From: a virus
Strand: one strand, 5' to 3'
DNA: 34,652 bases
Virus record (IMG/VR): IMGVR_UViG_3300028589_000007
Shown here: one piece after another, positions 22,866 through 30,557 of the stretch
How positions within the stretch are numbered: position 1 is the stretch's first letter
How the letters are laid out: each line of letters begins with the position of its first letter
Translations under genes and position numbers: made by a program
The notes under the pieces: model-generated
The model's input: only the letters and a program-made list of their open reading frames with translations
The model's database searches: none
Told to the model about the DNA's origin: nothing

Positions 22866-25589
22866 TTACACGAGCTGGAACAACCAGCAGCGAACCGTCC
22901 TTGCCGCGCCGTGGGTGTCGACGGCGAGGGCTGAGTTGATCGGTTTGTTGGTTTCCAGGAATTTGGGCGACTTGCTGGTCTTGAGCACGCGCTTGAGCTC
23001 GCTGAGGTTCGGCAGCTGCTGGCGCTTGTTGGCCGCCGTCTCGACGAACTCGTTGAGATTGATGGCGAAGAAGGCCGACTTGCGGGAGTGGTTCAGTTTG
23101 CCGCCGGTGTCGCCCAGGGGACCGTTGAGGAACTCGACCATGTCCCAGAACTCGCGCACGAGTGGGTGGTCGGCGTTGATGGCCTCCTGACGTTCCTGGG
23201 CCATGCGTTCCACCTCGGCATGCACCAGGGCGGCGCGCTCGTCGCTCAGCGGTACGACCAACTGCAGGGCGTCCACCAGGCTGCGCAGTTGGGCGTGGTT
23301 CTTGGCGATACGCACAGTGCGAATGCCCGGGAGCGCCAGGAGCTGCTGCTCGTAACCGGAGGTACGCTCGTCCAGCAGGCTGAGGACCTTTGCCTCGGGC
23401 TGCAGCGCCTTGATCATGAAACCGCTGAGCTGTTCCACCGGCATGCGCTCCAGCTGCTCGGCGAACAGCTTGGTTTCCGGTGTCTGGTGTTCGCGGGTCA
23501 GGTGCACATGGCCCAGGCGCTGGAGGATCGGCTCTGAGGCATTGACCGCGTTGTTCTGAGCGATCAGCAGGGCGGCTCGGAATGGCGGTTCGCGGGTGTC
23601 GTTGCCGTTGTTCTTCACGCCGGTGGAGCGCACGCTACGGCCGTTGTAGGCGGTCTTGAGCTCGTCCCAGTCGAAGTGCTTCACCGGTGCGCCTTCCTTC
23701 TGCTCGCGCTCGGACTCGATCAGCACGACGGGCAGGTTGCCGACCTGGGCGAAGTTCCGCGCCCGGCTGGCCGGGGTGGCCTTGGACGGGTCGAAGCCTT
23801 CATATTCAACGCGTCCTGTGGTTTTCCAGAGCAGTTCCACCAGAGTGGTCTTGCCGGCGCCGGCCTCGCCGATCAGCTCCAGAAACAGATAGGACTTATG
23901 CATCTGGCGGATTTGCTCCGCGTACAGGGCGCCCAGCCACCAGGCCAGCACCACAACGCCGCGCACGCCGAAACACTTCCAGAACAGTTCAAACCAGCCT
24001 TCGTTGTAGGCGCTGAGGTCTGGGTTGATGTGCAGTACCGGGGACTGGCTCTGCGACTTCACGCTCAGCTTGCCGACGTCGAAGAAGTCCTCTTCGTTGA
24101 GCTTGTGCACCTTGCCGCCGGCGATGGCCAGTTCGTTAAACACGTAGACGCCGTGTTCACGGGTGTAGCCGATCCAGTCGATGGTGTTGACGGTCTTGAG
24201 GTCGTCGAGCTGGAAGCCGAGCATGCGTTCCAACTGCTGCGGAGTGCCGGTGAACATCGCACCGTTGCACTCGTTGAGCAGGCGCTTTTTAAACTCCGGT
24301 GCGGCAGTTATCTGCGAGGCGGTGAAGGTTGTCTTGACGGCACGGCTGTCTGGTCGATCTACGCGGAAGTAGTACCAGGCCTCCTGGGTCACGTCGTTGC
24401 GCATGTAGTACAGCGCTTGGAAAGCGCAGTTGGCGATGCGAACCACGGACGAACTCTGGCGCAGAGCCTTGTCCCGACGCTGCTTGTCGCTGAGCAACTG
24501 ATCTTCCTGGCGATCAGAGCTTTCGAGCTCGCGGGCGGCGCGCTCGTACTTCTCCAGGTCAAGGTTGAACCAGTACAGGCGGGAGCGATAGGTGAAGTTG
24601 AATTCCTTGCGCTCGTCCCACTCGTACATGAGCAAGCCCTTTTCCTCTGCCGAGTCGGCCAGGAGTAGGGCGCCCTGGTGACGGGCCTCGTCAAGGTCCA
24701 GCTCGATGCGCTTAGCGCGTTCGTCGTCGCCCTCAATGAAGGCCCAGCGCTGATGCAGGTCATTCCAGTCGATCTTTTTGGCGCCGCGCTGCGGGATGAC
24801 AGCGGCGTCGCACTTGAAGCCCAGCGCGCGGGCCTCTTTGGCCCAGCGGCGCATGTTGGCTTTGGCCACCGGCTCGTTATCAAGTGCCCAGACCAGGCGC
24901 GGCAGGCGCTTGTCTGCCTCCTGGCAGGCCTTCTTGAGGGCGCGGAGCGACTCCTCGGGGAAAGGGGCGCTGCTCATCATGGAGACGGCAGGTATGTCGT
25001 TGTGCAGCAGAGCGATGGCGTCGAAGATGCCTTCAACGATGTACAGCTCGTCGACATCCATTGGTGTGAGTGAAGGAGGGCACCACCAGACGCCCTTGTA
25101 GCTCTCGCCCGGTTTGAAGCGGGCCTTCTGCTTGCCGAAGCGCTCGGGGCGATCGATCAGACGCTCCCAGTAGCCTCCCTTCTCCAGGGGAAAACGAATG
25201 GTCGCGCTGCCGGCACCGATTTCGCGGCTCCAGTAGTTCTCCTGCGTGAACCAGCCGGCTATAAGTTCGACGCGAAAGCCCCTGGCCATTTCCAAGTAGG
25301 CGCGGGCGGTAGCCGTAGGGTTGTCTGCGGTTGACGGCGCCTGTTCGCTCCAGTCGTTGAACAGGTCGCTGTAGAGGTCCTTGACGTGAACGCGATGATT
25401 GCAGGCTTCCGGCCGGCCACAAATCAGCATCCAAGGCGAGTCATGGAATGTGTAGAGGGTGTTTTTACCGCACTTGTGCGCCGGGCATCTGCCCTTGCGC
25501 ATGTAGTTGGTGTTGCTCATGTGTTTGAGGCCGAAGTCGGACTCAATCCGGCGCAGCACCTCTACCCGTAGTTTCTCGTGCATCGTCAT
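22866..25589 (-). CDS. Replication protein: zinc-finger / TOPRIM primase fused to a P-loop helicase (P4-alpha / D5-like)
   Basis: 907 aa. The N-terminal Cys/His cluster is CPAHKCGK...CGRPEACNH. LYIVEGIFDAIAL is a TOPRIM-like acidic motif. Walker A is LIGEAGAGKTT, and the Walker B-like motif is PVVLIESE. Confidence 0.75.
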   Translation of the reverse strand: MTMHEKLRVEVLRRIESDFGLKHMSNTNYMRKGRCPAHKCGKNTLYTFHDSPWMLICGRPEACNHRVHVKDLYSDLFNDWSEQAPSTADNPTATARAYLEMARGFRVELIAGWFTQENYWSREIGAGSATIRFPLEKGGYWERLIDRPERFGKQKARFKPGESYKGVWWCPPSLTPMDVDELYIVEGIFDAIALLHNDIPAVSMMSSAPFPEESLRALKKACQEADKRLPRLVWALDNEPVAKANMRRWAKEARALGFKCDAAVIPQRGAKKIDWNDLHQRWAFIEGDDERAKRIELDLDEARHQGALLLADSAEEKGLLMYEWDERKEFNFTYRSRLYWFNLDLEKYERAARELESSDRQEDQLLSDKQRRDKALRQSSSVVRIANCAFQALYYMRNDVTQEAWYYFRVDRPDSRAVKTTFTASQITAAPEFKKRLLNECNGAMFTGTPQQLERMLGFQLDDLKTVNTIDWIGYTREHGVYVFNELAIAGGKVHKLNEEDFFDVGKLSVKSQSQSPVLHINPDLSAYNEGWFELFWKCFGVRGVVVLAWWLGALYAEQIRQMHKSYLFLELIGEAGAGKTTLVELLWKTTGRVEYEGFDPSKATPASRARNFAQVGNLPVVLIESEREQKEGAPVKHFDWDELKTAYNGRSVRSTGVKNNGNDTREPPFRAALLIAQNNAVNASEPILQRLGHVHLTREHQTPETKLFAEQLERMPVEQLSGFMIKALQPEAKVLSLLDERTSGYEQQLLALPGIRTVRIAKNHAQLRSLVDALQLVVPLSDERAALVHAEVERMAQERQEAINADHPLVREFWDMVEFLNGPLGDTGGKLNHSRKSAFFAINLNEFVETAANKRQQLPNLSELKRVLKTSKSPKFLETNKPINSALAVDTHGAARTVRCWLFQLV

Positions 25590-25598
25590 GGAGTTGCC

Positions 25599-25832
25599 TT
25601 ACTGATTGGCGGCAAGGGCGGCTTGCAGCGCGCCGATGGTGCGTTTGTGGCCGGCAAGGGCCGGGTAGTCGTCGAGGATGCGGTTGCTGCGCAGACCAGC
25701 CGGGACGGTGCGGTAGCGGTCGTCATACCAGTGCTCGGTCATGCTCCGGCGAAGCTCGGCGCGCAGGCTGTTGAGCAACGCTTCGGCCCAGGGCTTGGGC
25801 AGGTCCATCTGGATCGCAACGGCGTTTTGCAT
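25599..25832 (-). CDS. Hypothetical 77-aa early protein
   Basis: ORF in the early operon, 7 nt upstream of the primase-helicase start. No family recognised. Confidence 0.5.
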   Translation of the reverse strand: MQNAVAIQMDLPKPWAEALLNSLRAELRRSMTEHWYDDRYRTVPAGLRSNRILDDYPALAGHKRTIGALQAALAANQ

Positions 25833-25897
25833 GGCGCGTCCTCGGATTACGGGTGCAACTTCCCCAAACCCACGGGAGTGGGCCTGGGCGTTTTTGG

Positions 25898-26251
25898 TTA
25901 GCGTGGGGCCGGGTTGGCCAGGAAACGGTGCGGTAGGTGCCGGTGCGGTACCTGGATGATCTTGTTGAAGCGGCGATCATGGAAAACGCTCAGGTCCCGG
26001 CCGCTGGCCAGGTCTATGCCGATCCAACGGCCGCTTTTGAATGAACGCTCAGTCATGGCCAGGTGGACGAGGCGGTCGGCCATGAATACGGGCACGTCCC
26101 ACACTCCAACCAGGTGGTCGACGGTGCGGTCGAACAGACTGTCGTCGTACAGGTGTTCCTGCTGGTGGCGTTCGATGAAGGCAGCAGCGTTGCTCTGCAT
26201 GACGGTGCGGTAATCGTTGAGCTGCGGGGCGGTGAACTGGACGAGTTCCAT
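25898..26251 (-). CDS. Hypothetical 117-aa early protein
   Basis: ORF starting 4 nt after the ogr-like stop. No family recognised. Confidence 0.5.
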   Translation of the reverse strand: MELVQFTAPQLNDYRTVMQSNAAAFIERHQQEHLYDDSLFDRTVDHLVGVWDVPVFMADRLVHLAMTERSFKSGRWIGIDLASGRDLSVFHDRRFNKIIQVPHRHLPHRFLANPAPR

Positions 26252-26254
26252 GGC

Positions 26255-26557
26255 TTAGGCCTCCAGGATAGCGAGCATGTCGAGCTGGTTGGTTTTCTCA
26301 GCGCTGTCGCGGATGGCCTGCATGCGCTTGACCGAAGGGGCGACGGGAAGGCGGACTCGGGGGCGGTCCAGACCTGACGTGGTTAACTCGTACTCCCAGG
26401 ACAACGATCCGCCATAGGTCGCGCCGCAGCCCAGGTTGGTGCATTCGCCGTACATGGTTTTAAAGATTGGCGTCTGCTCTTCCGAATTGCGGATGCGCAT
26501 CCTGCTGCCGCAGGCCGGACACAGACACTTGTAACCGCCGCCGTGATTGGTGCTCAT
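26255..26557 (-). CDS. ogr: Ogr/Delta-family zinc-finger late-gene activator
   Basis: The ATG at 26557 is preceded by GGGGGAGAG. CPACGSRMRIRNSEEQTPIFKTMYGECTNLGC gives exact C-X2-C-X22-C-X4-C spacing, as in P2 Ogr. At 100 aa it has a longer C-terminus than Ogr. Confidence 0.85.
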   Translation of the reverse strand: MSTNHGGGYKCLCPACGSRMRIRNSEEQTPIFKTMYGECTNLGCGATYGGSLSWEYELTTSGLDRPRVRLPVAPSVKRMQAIRDSAEKTNQLDMLAILEA

Positions 26558-26627
26558 GAACTCTCCCCCTGCCGCCAGTGCGGCATTGGCCGAAGCCGAA
26601 AAATTGCGACGCCTCGTGCGTCTTTTG

Positions 26628-27107
26628 CTATTCCTGATTGCCCGGATTTTTCCGGTGCAACGTGATAACGGCCCCCACCTCGGCATGCCGGGCGGCAATG
26701 TGCGCGCGGTGGGCGGCGATGATGTCAGCGAGCTCTGCCTCGTCTAGGCGGCCATCGGCCAAGGCCTTGGCAATGATCTGGTCGACTCGGCCCTCGGCCA
26801 CGTCGGTGACCAGGGAGCGCTGGTAAAGGTCCAGGTTGTCGAGCGGGGTGTCGTCGGGCATGGGGACGAAAACGCCGCCGTAGAGGCCGGACACGTAGTC
26901 GGGCAGGAAGCTGGTACCGCCTACTCGCTCCAGCTGGCGAACCTGCTCGTCGGTCAGCGGGCGGTGGCCGGTGTTCTCGTACAGCTTGTTGTCAAACTGC
27001 TTGAGGTCCAGCCCGAGGTGGGCGGCGGCGCACTCGCGGCCGCCCGGGAAGGCGGCGACGGCGGCCATCACGGCCTTGCGGCGGCTATCAAGAATTGGTC
27101 GGGTCAT
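26628..27107 (-). CDS. cII: Phage 186 CII-type (CP76 family) regulatory protein
   Basis: The ATG at 27107 is preceded by GGAGAA; the track ORF starts at GTG 27137. The architecture and size resemble the 169-aa 186 CII. The gene lies second in the early operon, after the Cro-like gene. Confidence 0.6.
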   Translation of the reverse strand: MTRPILDSRRKAVMAAVAAFPGGRECAAAHLGLDLKQFDNKLYENTGHRPLTDEQVRQLERVGGTSFLPDYVSGLYGGVFVPMPDDTPLDNLDLYQRSLVTDVAEGRVDQIIAKALADGRLDEAELADIIAAHRAHIAARHAEVGAVITLHRKNPGNQE

Positions 27108-27136
27108 GTTCTCGTTTTCTCCGTGAGCCAGCCGCA

Positions 27137-27346
27137 CTACTGTGCGACCGTGCCTTCCTTGATGCCGAGCAGTACGGCTGCGCGGTGTGCTTCTCCGCGC
27201 TTGCCCTTCTTCCGACCGTTGAGCAAGTCGCTGACCAAATTTCTGTTCAATTCATGCTGCCGGCAGAAGTCGGCGATGGACCTGCCCTCGCGGTCAAGCG
27301 TGGCGCGGGCTTGCTCGGGGGTTAATGGGCCGTGCATAGTGTTCAT
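27137..27346 (-). CDS. Ner/Nlp-like HTH early regulator (Cro/Cox position)
   Basis: 69 aa. RSIADFCRQHELNRNLVSDLLNGRKKGKRGEAHRAAVLLGIK parallels the Mu Ner pattern LSRQFGY..TTLANALERHWPKGEQIIANAL. It is the first gene of the leftward early operon and divergent from the repressor. Confidence 0.6.
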   Translation of the reverse strand: MNTMHGPLTPEQARATLDREGRSIADFCRQHELNRNLVSDLLNGRKKGKRGEAHRAAVLLGIKEGTVAQ

Positions 27347-27421
27347 CCGTGTTTAATCGTGTTCGACGACAAGGATTCTTGGGCAGAAAACTGTTCAAGT
27401 CAACTGGTATTGATCAAAAAA
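27347..27421. promoter_or_regulatory. Divergent early/immunity promoter-operator region
   Basis: 75-bp AT-richer gap between divergent HTH genes. It holds a direct repeat CGTGTT-N4-CGTGTT (27356..27371) and the palindrome TTGATCAA (27409..27416) just before the repressor ATG. No promoter hexamers are confidently assignable. Confidence 0.45.
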
Positions 27422-27760
27422 ATGCTCATCGCAGCTGGAGCAGGTGAACGCCTGCGAGAAGAACGGGAGAAAACTGGCCAAAGTCAGACTGATTTTGGCA
27501 AGGCCGCAGGCGTAAGCCGGGGCACCCAGAAAGCCTATGAGCTGGAGACGAGCTCGCCCGACATTCGTTACCTCTGCGCCGTGCAGGAGATGGGTGTGGA
27601 TGTGCACTACGTCCTTACAGGCTCCCGAGTTTCCACCGATCCGGGCGCTCTTTCCGAACGTGAGACCGCAATGCTGGGCTTCTTCCGTCAACTTCCTGAT
27701 GGCGAGCAGGCCAACCTGGTCCGTACGGCATCAGCGTTGGCCGCGACCCTTGATCACTAA
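27422..27760 (+). CDS. XRE-family HTH repressor (immunity repressor candidate)
   Basis: The ATG at 27422 gives 112 aa. The N-terminal HTH is GERLREEREKTGQSQTDFGKAAGVSRGTQKAYELE, followed by a C-terminal extension. The gene is divergent from the early operon. Confidence 0.7.
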   Translation: MLIAAGAGERLREEREKTGQSQTDFGKAAGVSRGTQKAYELETSSPDIRYLCAVQEMGVDVHYVLTGSRVSTDPGALSERETAMLGFFRQLPDGEQANLVRTASALAATLDH

Positions 27761-27772
27761 TGAGGCTCTGAG

Positions 27773-27997
27773 ATGACCCTGTACCTGGATGAAGACCCTG
27801 CTTTTGGCGCACGACTGCGGGAAGAGCGCGAGCGCCTTGGCATTGAGGTTCATGACCTCGGCCACCTCGGCGGTAAGCCCGTCAACATCCAGAAGCGCTA
27901 TGAGAAGGGTACCGCCACCATTCCCATCCGCTATCTGCAGGCTATCGCCCTGCGCACGGACATTTCCATCCAGTACGTACTGACCGGAAAGCGCTGA
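27773..27997 (+). CDS. Short XRE-family HTH protein, paralogous to the repressor N-terminal domain
   Basis: 74 aa. GARLREERERLGIEVHDLGHLGGKPVNIQKRYEKG...IRYLQAIALRTDISIQYVLTGKR aligns with the repressor's GERLREEREKTG...IRYLCAVQEMGVDVHYVLTGSR. Confidence 0.65.
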   Translation: MTLYLDEDPAFGARLREERERLGIEVHDLGHLGGKPVNIQKRYEKGTATIPIRYLQAIALRTDISIQYVLTGKR

Positions 27998-28012
27998 GCC
28001 GCTGACCTTTGA

Positions 28013-28486
<474 letters not shown>

Positions 28487-28507
28487 GAGGAATGACTCGC
28501 CCAGAAG

Positions 28508-28532
28508 CCCGGCCTTAGCGCCGGGTTTTTTT
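28508..28532 (+). terminator. Rho-independent terminator of the repressor-side operon
   Basis: CCCGGC-CTTAGC-GCCGGG followed by TTTTTTT. Confidence 0.8.
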
Positions 28533-28617
28533 GTGTTCTCTTGTAGACGAACGTCCAATCCATGCGAGCCGAGGTATACCTGCCGTTATGGTCAAAGCTC
28601 ACTGCCATTAACGGAGT

Positions 28618-28809
28618 ATGCAGATGGGTTGCGAGGTTGCTGTTGCGGTTGTTGTGCCGGAGATTGACGTAGCGTGCGTGCCTGAGCGTGAGGCTCTGAC
28701 GCCCGAGGAATGCATGATTATTCGGCTTTACCGTGGCCTTAGTGAACACGACCAGGAGTGGATGCGGAGGATGATATCGGCGCTAGCTGCACGATCAGTG
28801 CCCGGTTGA
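28618..28809 (+). CDS. Hypothetical 63-aa protein in a lower-GC islet
   Basis: The ATG at 28618 is preceded by ACGGAG; an alternative ATG lies at 28624. The gene is bracketed by two terminators. No family recognised. Confidence 0.4.
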   Translation: MQMGCEVAVAVVVPEIDVACVPEREALTPEECMIIRLYRGLSEHDQEWMRRMISALAARSVPG

Positions 28810-28815
28810 TATGAG

Positions 28816-28838
28816 AAGGCCCCTTCACGGGGCCTTTT
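28816..28838 (+). terminator. Terminator hairpin between the 63-aa ORF and the convergent D gene
   Basis: AAGGCCCC-TTCAC-GGGGCCTT followed by TTGCTTTT. The D stop codon lies in the loop. Confidence 0.7.
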
Positions 28839-30102
28839 GCTTTTCCTGCATCCGCTTCCACTCTCGATCAAGGGCGCGCTTGGCAGCTGCTTTGCTCTGG
28901 TAGAGGTGGGTGAGACGTAGGGGCTTAGCCTGGTCGCCCTCGGTGACCTTATGTTGCTGTCCGGTCTTCTCGTCGCGGTACCAGGTTACGAGACCGGTGT
29001 AGCCGCCGTCGCCATCGGCCAAGTCGCCCAGTTCGTCACCGTCTGGGAGTTGGGACTCCAGCTCCATGGAGGTGGTGAGGCTGTCGGACGTGAAGCTGTG
29101 GCGCAGATTGCCGCCGAGCCAGATGATGGCGGCGATTTCGTCCTTGATGCCGGTGAGGCTGTAGGTCTGGTCCGGAGTCAACTCGGGGCGGCCCCTGGCC
29201 AGGGTGTAGCTGAGCGTGGCGGTACCGCGTTGCAGGCGGTTCCATTCTGCTCGGGCTGCCTGCAATGCGCTGGCCTGGTCGGTGAAACTGTGGCGCAGCT
29301 CCTTGATGTTCTCGCCGCCGCCGGCGATGGCCTCTTTCTTCTCCGCGCTATTGACCTCGTAGTAGTAGGCCTTGACGCCGGTATAGGAGTCGCGGTCGGC
29401 CTGCAGAAAACGGTGCTGGTCGCCGTCTGCCCTGGTGAGGGTAACGTGGGGCAGGGCAAGGCCGCTGGCGGTGGTGGCTTTGCCGGTGGGCAGGAATAGC
29501 AGGCGGTCGGCCTTCACGGTGGCGATGGCGTCATGCTCTCGGCCGAGACGGCTGAGCAGGTTGGCGTCCGACTCGTTGGCCTGGTCCAGGTGCAGCAGCT
29601 CGATGCCGGCGAGCACGGCGCTGACCACGGGAGTGAGGCCCTGCGCGGTGGCGATGGCACCGATGACCGTGCCCAGGGTGGTGGCGTCGAAGCTGCGTTC
29701 TTTCTTTGCCTTGAGGCCGCCGCGTAGGTCCGCGCTTCGAGCGCGGATGCTGAGGGTGTCCGGTGCGCCGCTGTGCTCGGTTTCGTCCACGGTGAAGCTG
29801 CCCTTGTCGATCAGGCCGGTGTCATCCCAGCCCAGCCAGAGGCGCACGGTGGCGCCCCGGGGCGGGATGGCGAGCAGGCCGTCATGGTCGCTGAGGGTGA
29901 TGTCGAGCTGGTCGGCCTCCAGTCCGCGGTTGTCGGTGAGCTCGATGCTGATCAGGCGCGGCTGCTGTCCGCCGAGCAGCATGTCGGTGATGTCGTTGCC
30001 GTTGACCACCACCTTGCAGATCGGGCGCGGGTAGGCGGTGAGCTCGCGGTACTTCTGGGTAGCTTTGCCGAGCAGCTCGCCGGCCTGGTTCTGCAGGCTC
30101 AA
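28825..30102 (-). CDS. D: Tail protein D (P2 late control D-like)
   Basis: 425-aa last gene of the tail operon, after U. P2 gpD size and order. Confidence 0.88.
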   Translation of the reverse strand: MSLQNQAGELLGKATQKYRELTAYPRPICKVVVNGNDITDMLLGGQQPRLISIELTDNRGLEADQLDITLSDHDGLLAIPPRGATVRLWLGWDDTGLIDKGSFTVDETEHSGAPDTLSIRARSADLRGGLKAKKERSFDATTLGTVIGAIATAQGLTPVVSAVLAGIELLHLDQANESDANLLSRLGREHDAIATVKADRLLFLPTGKATTASGLALPHVTLTRADGDQHRFLQADRDSYTGVKAYYYEVNSAEKKEAIAGGGENIKELRHSFTDQASALQAARAEWNRLQRGTATLSYTLARGRPELTPDQTYSLTGIKDEIAAIIWLGGNLRHSFTSDSLTTSMELESQLPDGDELGDLADGDGGYTGLVTWYRDEKTGQQHKVTEGDQAKPLRLTHLYQSKAAAKRALDREWKRMQEKQKAP

Positions 30103-30551
30103 AGCAGGCCCCCGAGGGCACCGCGCAGGATGCCGCCGCCTGCGCCGATGACACTGCCGAGCATGTCGATGCGGCCGTCGTCAATGCGCTTGAGGCTGAT
30201 GGTGAACTCGTAGCGGCGAGGCGTGCCGTCCTCGAAAAAGACCTGCTGCGTCTCGCTGATCGAGGTGATAACCCAAGTGCCGTAGATGCGGCCGGTGCCG
30301 CCGATCAGGGGCCAGGCTTTGCCGGTGTCGGCCATCTTGCGCAGCACGTCAAGGCTGAGGGGCGAGCCGACCAGGCCCGGCAGCAGGGTGCCGGGCAGCG
30401 TGATGGTGTCCTCGCCGCGGCCCAAGAATTGGCTGGCCGGGTTGGTACCGATGCGGCTGGTGGAGGCGTGCCGCCATTCGGTAGTGCGCTGGAGCTCTTG
30501 GTACGCGAGTGTGGGTAGTCCGAAAACAAACATGCCAAGGGTCATCATCAT
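30099..30551 (-). CDS. U: Tail protein U (P2 U-like)
   Basis: MMMTLGMFVFGLPTLAYQELQRTTEWRHASTSRIG parallels the P2 U N-terminus MMLALGMFVFMRQTLPHQ (from memory). Confidence 0.88.
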   Translation of the reverse strand: MMMTLGMFVFGLPTLAYQELQRTTEWRHASTSRIGTNPASQFLGRGEDTITLPGTLLPGLVGSPLSLDVLRKMADTGKAWPLIGGTGRIYGTWVITSISETQQVFFEDGTPRRYEFTISLKRIDDGRIDMLGSVIGAGGGILRGALGGLL

Positions 30552-30557
30552 GGTGGG

